This document shows positions 1-8,056 of a DNA stretch of 32,000 bases, piece after piece. This stretch comes from Allobaculum fili (GTDB taxonomy: Bacteria > Bacillota_I > Bacilli_A > Erysipelotrichales > Erysipelotrichaceae). The DNA lies in NCBI RefSeq assembly GCF_020969955.1, contig NZ_JAHDSX010000004.1, positions 60,001-92,000 on the forward strand. The letters run 5' to 3'. The translations under genes were made by a program, and so were the position numbers. The stretch's first letter is position 1; every line of letters begins with the position of its first letter. Under the pieces are notes generated by a model. It was not told where the DNA came from. It worked only from the letters and a program-made list of their open reading frames with translations, and made no database searches.

Positions 1-1023
1 GAGTTCCTTTTCCAGACGTTCCTTAATGTTACGGCTGGTTACGTATTTTCCGGAACGGCCCGCAAACGGGGACTTGTTAACGTGGAAGTTCATCGAAAGC
101 GTCGGTTCTTCGATTGGAATGTGGGGGAGAGCTTCGATGCATTCGGGATCGCAGAGCGTATCGCCGATGGAAACGTCCGGCATGCCGGAAACAACGACGA
201 TATCGCCGGAATGGGCTTCGTTGACCGGAGTACGGGAAAGTCCCTTGTAAACAAAGAGATTGGAAATCGTTTCCTTTTCTTCCAGACCGTTCTGGTTGGT
301 GCGAATATAGCTGCCGCCTTTTTTGAGGGTACCGCGGGTAATGCGTCCGATGCCCAGACGGCCGATATAGTCATCATAGGCCAGAGCGGAAATCTGCATC
401 TGAGCCGGTTCCTCGTCGCGGTCCGGATAAACCGGCGTATGTTCGAGAATGGTTTCAAACAGCGGTTCGATATTTTCCGAAGGCTCCGTTAAAGAGCGGG
501 AAACGCGTCCTTCACGGGCGACGCCGTAAAGAATCGGGAAGTCAAGCTGTTCGTCAGTCGCGTTGAGATCGATAAACAGGTCGTACACTTCATCCACAAC
601 TTCTTCGGCGCGCTGGTCTTTCTTATCAATTTTATTGATCAGAAGAATCGGCTTCAGGCCGACTTCAAGCGCTTTGGAAAGGACAAACCGTGTCTGTGGC
701 ATCGGGCCTTCCGAAGCGTCAACCAGCAGAATAACGGTATCGACCGTTCCCATGATGCGCTCCACTTCACTGGAGAAATCCGCGTGACCCGGTGTATCGA
801 CAATATTGATTTTGACGCCGTTGTGAATAACGGAACAGTTTTTTGAATAAATGGTGATTCCGCGCTCCCGTTCCAGAGCGTTGGAATCCATGACACAATC
901 TACAACTTCTTCATTATCGCGGAAGACATCGCTCTGACGAAGGAAGGCATCCACCAGGGTGCTCTTGCCGGCGTCGACGTGGGCAATGACCGCAATATTA
1001 ATAATTTTTTCTTGATCTGACAT
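1..1023 (-). CDS. typA: Translational GTPase TypA/BipA, N-terminal 341 codons; the 3' end of the gene lies beyond the window start
   Basis: Manual reverse-strand translation from the ATG (complement of 1021-1023) gives MSDQEKIINIAVIAHVDAGKSTLVDAFL...IVDTPGHADFSSEVER...LLINKIDK. These are GTPase G1/G3/G4 motifs with a TypA-type N-terminus. An RBS (GAAAGAGGA) lies upstream and the frame stays open to position 1. It is absent from the ORF track only because there is no stop in the window. Confidence 0.9.
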   Translation of the reverse strand, partial: MSDQEKIINIAVIAHVDAGKSTLVDAFLRQSDVFRDNEEVVDCVMDSNALERERGITIYSKNCSVIHNGVKINIVDTPGHADFSSEVERIMGTVDTVILLVDASEGPMPQTRFVLSKALEVGLKPILLINKIDKKDQRAEEVVDEVYDLFIDLNATDEQLDFPILYGVAREGRVSRSLTEPSENIEPLFETILEHTPVYPDRDEEPAQMQISALAYDDYIGRLGIGRITRGTLKKGGSYIRTNQNGLEEKETISNLFVYKGLSRTPVNEAHSGDIVVVSGMPDVSIGDTLCDPECIEALPHIPIEEPTLSMNFHVNKSPFAGRSGKYVTSRNIKERLEKEL

Positions 1024-1437
1024 TCGGTCCTCTTTCCATTTTCAGGATAAACGTATGATTTCATGCGGCGATCAGTCAGATTGGCCGTAAAAATCAAAAG
1101 AATTATAGTCCGGGCCATAGAGGATTTCAATTCGCACTCCCGGAAGCCTTTTTCACTCCATTTTGTAAGGGGATCCACTTTTTTAAAAGGGAAGGGTGCA
1201 GTCTTAGCCAAAAATGAGATAATGAAAAAGTTCAATAACATTTTAGCCGTCTGTATAACGCTTATTTTGCCTCTTCGTCTTTTTTCGCTCGGTTCGGGCG
1301 ATTTACCAGTCGATGGAAAAGTCGGATACGCCAATAAAAAAATGACAGGCAGGTCGATAAAAAAGAGATATCGACAGAAAAGAGAAATGTCGATAGAAAG
1401 GGAAGAAGGACGGCTTCTGGAAACAGGATGGTGTTTT

Positions 1438-2181
1438 ATGGAGATAAGATACTTTAAGGATTACTCCCGTTATCTCGATCGGGATATGGAATTTAAGATG
1501 TACGGAGATTCGGGCATTCTCTGCCTGATCATTCCGTGTCAGGACGGCCGCTTCTATGAATGGGAAGACCGCAAGATGTTTGAGCTGATGAAACCGTTCA
1601 TGGACGAGGGAAGAGTCCAGTTTGTGACGATCGATACGATCGATAAAGAAACCTGGTCGGACTACGGTCCCAGCGATCACCGCATGTATATGCAGGAAAG
1701 CTGGATCAACTACATCGTGAACGAACTGCTGCCTTCCGTTCATGAAAAAGCCGGCAAGGATCCGGATGAGCCGATGATGGTCATGGGCTGCTCGCTGGGC
1801 GGAACGCATGCAGCCAACCTCTTCTTCCGCTTCCCGCAGAAGTTCAATAAGCTTCTCGCCATGAGCGGTGTCTACGATCTTTCCTGCTATATTCACGATA
1901 ATAACTTTGACGGCAACTTTTATCAGAACAGCCCGTTAGCCTATATGCCCAATATGGAAGCTTCGCATCCGTATATTGATCTGTACAACCAGAACAAAGG
2001 CTTCCTGGTCGTGGGACAGGGCGACTGGGAAAGCCAGACCGCCAACGATCTGCGCCGTCTGGCAGATGTTCTGTATCAGAAAGGCATCTGCACGTCCTGC
2101 TATTTCTGGGGTACGGATACGCCGCACGACTGGCCAAGCTGGGAAAAGCAGATTCTCGAATATCTGCCGCAGCTTGTCTGA
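1438..2181 (+). CDS. Esterase family protein (putative esterase / alpha-beta hydrolase, PF00756-like)
   Basis: The ORF 1063..2181 contains the serine-hydrolase nucleophile elbow GCSLGG. From MEIRYFKDYSRYLDRDMEFKMYG... it has the N-terminus typical of ~250-aa esterase family proteins. I chose the ATG at 1438. In-frame alternatives at 1387 and 1222 cannot be excluded, and the RBS at 1438 is weak (AGGA). Confidence 0.7.
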   Translation: MEIRYFKDYSRYLDRDMEFKMYGDSGILCLIIPCQDGRFYEWEDRKMFELMKPFMDEGRVQFVTIDTIDKETWSDYGPSDHRMYMQESWINYIVNELLPSVHEKAGKDPDEPMMVMGCSLGGTHAANLFFRFPQKFNKLLAMSGVYDLSCYIHDNNFDGNFYQNSPLAYMPNMEASHPYIDLYNQNKGFLVVGQGDWESQTANDLRRLADVLYQKGICTSCYFWGTDTPHDWPSWEKQILEYLPQLV

Positions 2182-2198
2182 ACATCGATACGAAAAAA

Positions 2199-2226
2199 AG
2201 GCACTGGACGTCTCAGTGCCTTTTTA
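2199..2226 (+). terminator. Rho-independent terminator after the esterase gene
   Basis: Stem GGCACTG (2200-2206) pairs with CAGTGCC (2214-2220) across a 7-nt loop and is followed by TTTTT. It is preceded by an A-run. Confidence 0.75.
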
Positions 2227-2508
2227 CTTGGAAAATCTGATGATTTTCCTCCGCCAGATATGATAAAAGGAGCGGATAAATATTAAAAAGAAAGGAGGTA
2301 GTCCAGTTACCCGGACAACATAAGTATAGCCCTTTTTTAAAGGCGAATTTCGGAAGATTTGCCAAAGACGATGCCCGATAGAGGATGAAAAATGCATACA
2401 GATCAGACTGTCGACCGGACAATTGGCCTTGTTTGTACGCGCAGGAAAATCTTACAATGAAAAACGTGCAGTCCGTATATTTTTCGACTGCCGAAAGGGG
2501 AGAGCAAA

Positions 2509-4899
2509 ATGGCACTGACAAAAGAGAAGATTCTGGTCTGGATGTCCGCCGTTAAAGACGAGCAGATGCAGACGATCTGTCTGATGGCCTGGCCGGCAGG
2601 AAGAAAAAAGGATCTGTATGCCCGTCTGCAGACTGCTGCGGCGAAAAAAGTGCGCGGTCAGCGTCTGGACTCGCTTTCCTTGCAGGAAGCAGACGATGCC
2701 TCTATTCCGTATTTAATGGAATATGTGCAGGCGGTTCGAAACCTTCCCTCCCTGTTTGTCTTCGCAGCGAAGTGCGGACGAAAAGGTGCGCTGGCCATGG
2801 ATGAGGCGTTAAAAGAAGCCGCGCAGGCACTGAAAACGCACTGGCCGCAGGCGCAGTTTGAAGTGTTCAGCGACGAAAAGCAGATTCGCTCTAGCCACGT
2901 TCAGTCGTGGATGCGCAAATACCAGCTCGATGGCCAGGCCGTCTCGATGGATGAGGAAAATTCGAGAGCGCTCAAAACGGCTGCGCTGCTCGGCTCTGTC
3001 CTTTTTCTCGAAACCAGACCGAATGTCCAGAAAGAGGATCCAGACGCTTTACTTGAATCGAATGAGCCTGCTTCGCGCTGGAGTGAGGAGAGCCTGAAGT
3101 CCTTGCAGGCGCAAAACGAAAAGCTTCGCCTGCACGTACAGATCGATCCGTCCTGGCATCTTCTGGATGTTGAAGATGTGTATGCGAAGCTGCTCGCACA
3201 AAATAACGGCTCCCATATGGCACAGGATAAGTCATCCAAAGCCCGCCCCGTCAAAAAGGCGGGGAAAAAGAAAGCGACTCCCAAAAAGGAAAGCGACAGA
3301 TCGGGAGAATCCCTTGCTGCAGGTACGCTTTCGAGCGATTCCGCTGACGAAAAAACGCTTCGGGCTCAATTCGCGGTGCTTTTTGCGTTGCAGCCGCAAT
3401 GGAAAAAAGGGTCACTTCTCGAGCGCTGGATGAAAAAGGGCCTGCAGCCTGGAACACTTGAAGCGCTCGTTGAACTTGCCGGCAAGCAGATGCCCTATGA
3501 AAGTCTGTCGACGCTGAATCCCGCCAAAATCGAAGCCCAGTACGGAAAGCTGATGGAAGAGCAGGACCGGAAAAATCAGTCTCTGGATGAACAGGCTCTG
3601 AAAAAAACCGAAAGCCGGGTACTGACAGGTATTCAAAAACTGGAGAAAACGATTCTCGATGGTGCTCTTCCCAAACGGGCTGAATGTCTGGCTTCCTATT
3701 TTGAACAGGACGCGTTTCAAAACGATCTGAAAACCCGTGTCCGAACGGTCCTAACCGAATGGAGCGCGGCTTCGCTTTCAAACCCGCCGCGGAAAAGTCT
3801 GCTTCTGATTGAAGAAGAAAACGGTCTGTACGGGTACTGGCTTTATGACGCATTGAATTTTTCTATGCGTCTGGGCGATCCAGATGTTTTCAGAGAGATC
3901 GAAAACGAGCGTTCGATCCATATGGAATACGATCAGCTTGGCGACTGGATTTCAAAGATCAGTAAAATACGTCCGCTCTGTCGGATTTACGCCTGTCCTT
4001 CCGTATTAAAAGGCATTCGCCGTCATCTTCTTCTGGAAAATGCCTACCTTCCGCTTTCGGTCCTGACGGATGAACAGGAAAAACAGCTTCGTCAGATCCA
4101 GACAATTACCAAAGATGGAAACGACAGCGATCGCGCCGCCGGGACAGCTGATCCGCAAAACCTTCTGTTCTTATCGGATAAAGGCATGCAGACCGAAGGG
4201 CCTGCTGTGTCGTTTCTGGATCCGGAAACCTTTGATCGCCTGAGTCGGAAAGAGAAAAAGCGGCTGCTCGATCTGCCGCTTGAACTCGATGAACTTCGAC
4301 TGACCGCCAGACTTCTGCTTGCGGGCGTTTCCTTTTTGGAAATGCAGGATACGCTGCAGCAGCAAGGAAGTCTGCTTCGTCTGGCCGATCGTGTGCTCCT
4401 GCCGTATCCAAAACGAAAATGGGTTGAAGAAATTCGTAACCCGGAAATCGCACAGATCTTCCTTTCCAAATCGCTGAAGCCTTCTGCAAGGCAGGAAATC
4501 ATTTCGCTGGTCCACGGCGGACTTTCTGGAAAGTGGATGAACGAGAATCTGCATTCGAATATGAGTGCAGCGAAAATTGAGCGGATCGTCAAGGGCTATC
4601 CCGGAAATCGCCTGCCCAGAGGCTGGATCGATGCCGCGCAAAAAGTCGAAGAAATCCAAACGGGAAAGGATCCCGAAAATGAAGGGGAAGAATATCCTTC
4701 CGCTTCTTCGAAATGGATCGTTCTGGATTCCGTTCTGGCCGGGCAGATGCTCGATAAACGCGCTGCCTTCTTTCCTGAATCGAGTGCTCTGCAGAGGATG
4801 GAACAGCTGGCCCTGCTGGATGCTTCGCTGGCTTCAAACGTCCTGCTCGAAACCATTGCCCAATGGGATACGAAACTACAAGACCAGACGGAAGACTGA
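2509..4899 (+). CDS. Hypothetical protein, 796 aa, no recognisable domain; soluble, with a Lys-rich linker
   Basis: A long uninterrupted ORF. A good RBS (AAGGGGAGAG) lies 4 nt before the ATG at 2509. Strong terminators lie upstream (2199-2226) and at its stop (4884-4917). No hydrophobic segment or signal peptide is visible. Confidence 0.75.
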   Translation: MALTKEKILVWMSAVKDEQMQTICLMAWPAGRKKDLYARLQTAAAKKVRGQRLDSLSLQEADDASIPYLMEYVQAVRNLPSLFVFAAKCGRKGALAMDEALKEAAQALKTHWPQAQFEVFSDEKQIRSSHVQSWMRKYQLDGQAVSMDEENSRALKTAALLGSVLFLETRPNVQKEDPDALLESNEPASRWSEESLKSLQAQNEKLRLHVQIDPSWHLLDVEDVYAKLLAQNNGSHMAQDKSSKARPVKKAGKKKATPKKESDRSGESLAAGTLSSDSADEKTLRAQFAVLFALQPQWKKGSLLERWMKKGLQPGTLEALVELAGKQMPYESLSTLNPAKIEAQYGKLMEEQDRKNQSLDEQALKKTESRVLTGIQKLEKTILDGALPKRAECLASYFEQDAFQNDLKTRVRTVLTEWSAASLSNPPRKSLLLIEEENGLYGYWLYDALNFSMRLGDPDVFREIENERSIHMEYDQLGDWISKISKIRPLCRIYACPSVLKGIRRHLLLENAYLPLSVLTDEQEKQLRQIQTITKDGNDSDRAAGTADPQNLLFLSDKGMQTEGPAVSFLDPETFDRLSRKEKKRLLDLPLELDELRLTARLLLAGVSFLEMQDTLQQQGSLLRLADRVLLPYPKRKWVEEIRNPEIAQIFLSKSLKPSARQEIISLVHGGLSGKWMNENLHSNMSAAKIERIVKGYPGNRLPRGWIDAAQKVEEIQTGKDPENEGEEYPSASSKWIVLDSVLAGQMLDKRAAFFPESSALQRMEQLALLDASLASNVLLETIAQWDTKLQDQTED

Positions 4900-4917
4900 C
4901 CGTCTGGTTTTTGTTTT
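4884..4917 (+). terminator. Rho-independent terminator overlapping the stop codon of the 796-aa ORF
   Basis: A perfect 8-bp stem, CCAGACGG (4884-4891) with CCGTCTGG (4900-4907), has an 8-nt loop and is followed by TTTTTGTTTT. Confidence 0.85.
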
Positions 4918-4984
4918 GCCAAGTTTCGATGAGCAGATCCTGGCGAGGAGGACGCTTGAATTTGAAACCGGGAAGCAGGAAAGG

Positions 4985-5013
4985 ATAAAGAAAAGCCGGT
5001 CACATGGACCGGC
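4985..5013 (-). terminator. Rho-independent terminator (minus strand) after the NifU-like gene
   Basis: Stem GCCGGTC (4995-5001) pairs with GACCGGC (5007-5013) across a 5-nt loop. On the minus strand it is followed by TTTTCTTTAT. Confidence 0.7.
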
Positions 5014-5070
5014 CAGACTTTTAAAGGGACTGGGAAATCGAGCAGAACACAAGGAAAAAGGGTTTATCGA

Positions 5071-5538
5071 TTAAGCGCCGACGAGTACGACTTCCTTAAG
5101 TTCCGGGAATTCATCCAGCAGAAGCAGACGGATTCCCGTCGAGAAATCTTCACCGGCCATCATGCATCCGGCGCACGCACCCAGGAAGGTGACGTAGGCG
5201 ATGCCGTCTTCGTCAATGCCCAGCAGCTGCACGTCGCCGCCGTCCATCTGAATGTACGGACGAATCTTTTCGACAATGCCTTCGGCGCGTTCTTCCCAGA
5301 CGTTGCGCTGTTTGCGGGTCAGCTTTTCGCCTTCCGCAAGCGGATGAATTGTATAGGTGCCGTCGTCTTCGCTGACGACTTTATGCTCAGCCGATGCGGC
5401 AGCGTCTTCTGCGCTGGCGTTTTCACTGGCTTCTGCCTTCGCGTTTTCTGTATTTTCTTCAACGGATTCGGCTGCTTTGGGAGCAGCTTCCGTTTTTACT
5501 TCTTTTTCATCGGATTGAAGATCTTTTGTTTCGGACAT
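5071..5538 (-). CDS. NifU-like (Nfu C-terminal domain) Fe-S cluster scaffold/carrier protein with an acidic N-terminal extension
   Basis: The C-terminal half, IRPYIQMDGGDVQLLGIDEDGIAYVTFLGACAGCMMAG, carries the CxxC motif of the NifU C-terminal domain. An RBS (AAGGAAGGAA) lies upstream of the ATG. Confidence 0.85.
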   Translation of the reverse strand: MSETKDLQSDEKEVKTEAAPKAAESVEENTENAKAEASENASAEDAAASAEHKVVSEDDGTYTIHPLAEGEKLTRKQRNVWEERAEGIVEKIRPYIQMDGGDVQLLGIDEDGIAYVTFLGACAGCMMAGEDFSTGIRLLLLDEFPELKEVVLVGA

Positions 5539-5672
5539 GACAGTTCCTTCCTTTCCTTAAAAGACTGAATCATTGGATCATAAAAAAGATTTTAATCCCA
5601 AACTGGATTCCGGTTCAAAAAACTCTTTGAATGGATTTGGGCGAAAGGGGCGGTGTGACTGAATTGCCGGGT

Positions 5673-6143
5673 CTACATGGACCAGAGAAAGACTGGGGCC
5701 ATAAGAAAGGGAATGAGCAGACCGAGAATAAAGCCGCCGACGACTTCGACAATTTTGTGACCAAGAACCGTCTTGAGTTTCTGCGTATAGAGCGGGCTGT
5801 TTAAAGAGAGCGTGCCTGAAGAGCGAAGATCCTTGATCAGCTCCTGAGTCAGTTCAATATTCTTGCCCGTGTAATAGCGAACATGGCACGCGTCGTACAT
5901 GACGATCAGGGAAAATACTGCGGTAACCGCAAAGAGCGCGGAGTTGAAGCCTTCCTGCATGCCAATCGCAATCGACAGAGCGGTCACGGTTGAAGAATGC
6001 GAGGAGGGAAATCCGCCGGACGCAATCGCCTGACTCCAGTCCCATTGACCAGTACGGAAATAATGTACCGGAATTTTGAGAATCTGCGCGAGAAAGGCGG
6101 AAAACAGCGCGGTCAGCAGCGGGAAAAGAGATGAAGGAAGCAT
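5673..6143 (-). CDS. Divergent PAP2 family membrane protein (YuiD-like, DUF212)
   Basis: A 156-aa hydrophobic protein with the motifs GGFPSSHSSTV and MYDACHVR, which are typical of the divergent PAP2/acid phosphatase-related family. An RBS (GAGGAGAAA) is present. Confidence 0.8.
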   Translation of the reverse strand: MLPSSLFPLLTALFSAFLAQILKIPVHYFRTGQWDWSQAIASGGFPSSHSSTVTALSIAIGMQEGFNSALFAVTAVFSLIVMYDACHVRYYTGKNIELTQELIKDLRSSGTLSLNSPLYTQKLKTVLGHKIVEVVGGFILGLLIPFLMAPVFLWSM

Positions 6144-6261
6144 AATTTCTCCTCACGGCTCATCATGAACCGCTTTTATTGTACCCGCTCTGAAAAAATG
6201 CGGACGTTTTTTGCGCAGGTGCTCTTCGACAGGCTGAGGGCGCTTTCCTTTGTTTTGAAAA

Positions 6262-6270
6262 TGGTATACT
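6262..6270 (+). promoter_or_regulatory. Candidate extended -10 promoter element (TGgTATACT) for pgi
   Basis: TGGTATACT lies 28 nt upstream of the pgi start. No good -35 is present, which is acceptable for extended -10 promoters. Confidence 0.35.
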
Positions 6271-6297
6271 ACCCGTGTCAGTCAGGAGGAAAAAATT

Positions 6298-7572
6298 TTG
6301 ATTAAACTTGATCTGTCTCACGCAAAACTGAACGAGGCCTGCTCAGCCTGGAAAGACCAGGTTGCCATGTACGACAAACAGCTCGTCGAAGGCACCTGCA
6401 AAGGCAACGACTTCATCGGCTGGATGACCTGGTTCGAAGACTATGACCGCGATGAATTCGCCCGCATCAAAGACTGCGCAAAGCGCATTCAGAAAAACAG
6501 CGACGTTCTCGTTGTCTGCGGCATCGGCGGAAGCTATCTCGGCCCGCGTGCTGCAATTGAAATGATCAACGGTCTTTACCCCGAAGACCAGAAAGTAGAA
6601 GTCATCTACACCGGAAACACTTTCTCTTCTACCTACATTGCTCAGGTGATGAACTACATCAAGGACAAACGCGTAACGGTAAACGTTATTTCCAAGTCCG
6701 GAACTACGACCGAAACATCCATCGCGTTCCGTATTCTTGAACAGTTCATGCACGAAAAATACGGAGATGAAGCGAAAAACCGCATTGTCGCAACGACCGA
6801 CCGTGCCCGCGGCACCCTCAAAACGCTTGCCGACAAAAAAGGCTACGAAACCTTTGTCATCCCAGATAATATCGGCGGACGCTTCTCTGTAATTACTCCA
6901 GTCGGTCTGCTTCCAATCGCCGTTGCTGGCATCAGCATCGATGATCTGATGAAAGGTCTCGCTGACGGCATGAAAGAATACGGCGACGCCGATGTCGACA
7001 AGAACCCGGCTTACCAGTATGCCGTTGCCCGCCGCATTCTGCAGAACATGGGCTACGATGTAGAACTTTTCGTAGAATACGAACCGCAGATGCAGAAAGT
7101 CGCTGAATGGTGGAAACAGCTCTTCGGCGAATCCGAAGGCAAGGACGGTCTGGGTATTCTCCCGGATTCCGCTGTCTTCTCGACCGATCTGCACTCCCTT
7201 GGCCAGTTCGTTCAGGACGGCAAGAAAGTTCTGTTTGAAACGAACCTGTACGTCGATCAGCCAGCCCTCGACATCACCTTCCCGCACGATGACGAAAACC
7301 TGGACAACATGAACTATCTCGCCGGCAAGAGCATTGACTGGGTCAACAAGATGGCTGCCAAAGGCACCCTGCAGGCCCATGAAGTGACCGGAAATGTTCC
7401 AAACATTCTCATGACTATGCCAGGCATGACCGCTTACGATTTCGGCAACATGTGCGCCTTCTTCTTCAAGGCCATCGCTATGACTACGCTGCTCAACGGA
7501 TCCAACCCGTTCAACCAGCCAGGCGTTGAAGTCTACAAGAAGAACATGTTCAAACTGCTCGGCAAAGAATAG
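6298..7572 (+). CDS. pgi: Glucose-6-phosphate isomerase
   Basis: The 424-aa product carries SIS-domain/PGI motifs (VVCGIGGSYLGPRA, ISKSGTTTET, GGRFSV, FGESEGKDG). It starts at TTG, with the RBS AGGAGGA at 6283-6289. Confidence 0.92.
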   Translation: MIKLDLSHAKLNEACSAWKDQVAMYDKQLVEGTCKGNDFIGWMTWFEDYDRDEFARIKDCAKRIQKNSDVLVVCGIGGSYLGPRAAIEMINGLYPEDQKVEVIYTGNTFSSTYIAQVMNYIKDKRVTVNVISKSGTTTETSIAFRILEQFMHEKYGDEAKNRIVATTDRARGTLKTLADKKGYETFVIPDNIGGRFSVITPVGLLPIAVAGISIDDLMKGLADGMKEYGDADVDKNPAYQYAVARRILQNMGYDVELFVEYEPQMQKVAEWWKQLFGESEGKDGLGILPDSAVFSTDLHSLGQFVQDGKKVLFETNLYVDQPALDITFPHDDENLDNMNYLAGKSIDWVNKMAAKGTLQAHEVTGNVPNILMTMPGMTAYDFGNMCAFFFKAIAMTTLLNGSNPFNQPGVEVYKKNMFKLLGKE

Positions 7573-7628
7573 TCGAGAGTTCAGGCAAGCGCGTTTCCAT
7601 TTCGAAAACCCGTTTTGATTCCCCAGAG

Positions 7629-7663
7629 ATGAGCAGACTGTCTTCAGTTCGCTCATTTTTTTT
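7629..7663 (+). terminator. Rho-independent terminator after pgi
   Basis: ATGAGC (7629-7634) pairs with GCTCAT (7651-7656) and is followed by a T8 run. Confidence 0.65.
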
Positions 7664-8056
7664 GCGCTTTCTTAAAAAGACAGCCGGATCCAGGAAGGAT
7701 GCGTTCGATCCGGACGCAGAAAAGCGCAAAATGGAAATCCGGCAGGGCTGCTTTCAAAAAGCCGGCCTAAGCGCGGGTTCAGCGAATGGAAAACGTCAAA
7801 AGTATGGAATACGTTTGACATAAAATACAACGTGACATGAAAAAATAAACAATCTGCCCATTTTCCTCCTTTACCGGGTATATGTTGGATACGTATTGCC
7901 CGGCTATGGATTTGACAATCCGGAAAATGTGCAGATTTTTCCTTTGGGTAAGGCAGAACAGGCGTCTTCGAGGACTTCGAAGAATATGCCCTTTTTGTGA
8001 ACTGCAGGATCACGAATGACAGTCCGGGAATACAGAGAGGAAAAGGAGAAGAAAGG

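Noticed and set aside
1063-1437. N-terminal 125-aa extension of the esterase ORF (372-aa track ORF), including a signal-peptide-like MKKFNNILAVCITLILPL at 1222
   Set aside because: The family normally starts at the M-x-x-x-YF...S..L.R motif found at 1438. The upstream starts lack a convincing RBS, and the extension is made of the purine-rich tandem repeats. This is kept only as an alternative start.
2213-2521. 102-aa minus-strand ORF and a 56-aa plus-strand ORF (~2384-2554) in the leader of the 796-aa gene
   Set aside because: Neither has a convincing RBS. They overlap a terminator and the RBS and start of the downstream gene, so they are likely spurious.
2858-5003. Multiple overlapping ORFs (79-200 aa) in other frames of the 796-aa gene
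   Set aside because: None has RBS support and all are nested in a much longer ORF with a clear RBS and terminator. They reflect low stop-codon density in this gene.
6343-7656. 437-aa antisense ORF over pgi; likewise 24828-26762 over lacZ and 30874-31959 over proS
   Set aside because: These are the same codon-aligned mirror effect. The sense strands encode unmistakable Pgi, LacZ and ProS proteins.
7664-8056. c-di-AMP (ydaO-type) riboswitch upstream of the cation-channel gene
   Set aside because: None of the conserved ydaO blocks I can recall (GGGGACCCA-like, CCGAAC-like segments in pseudo-twofold arrangement) are present.
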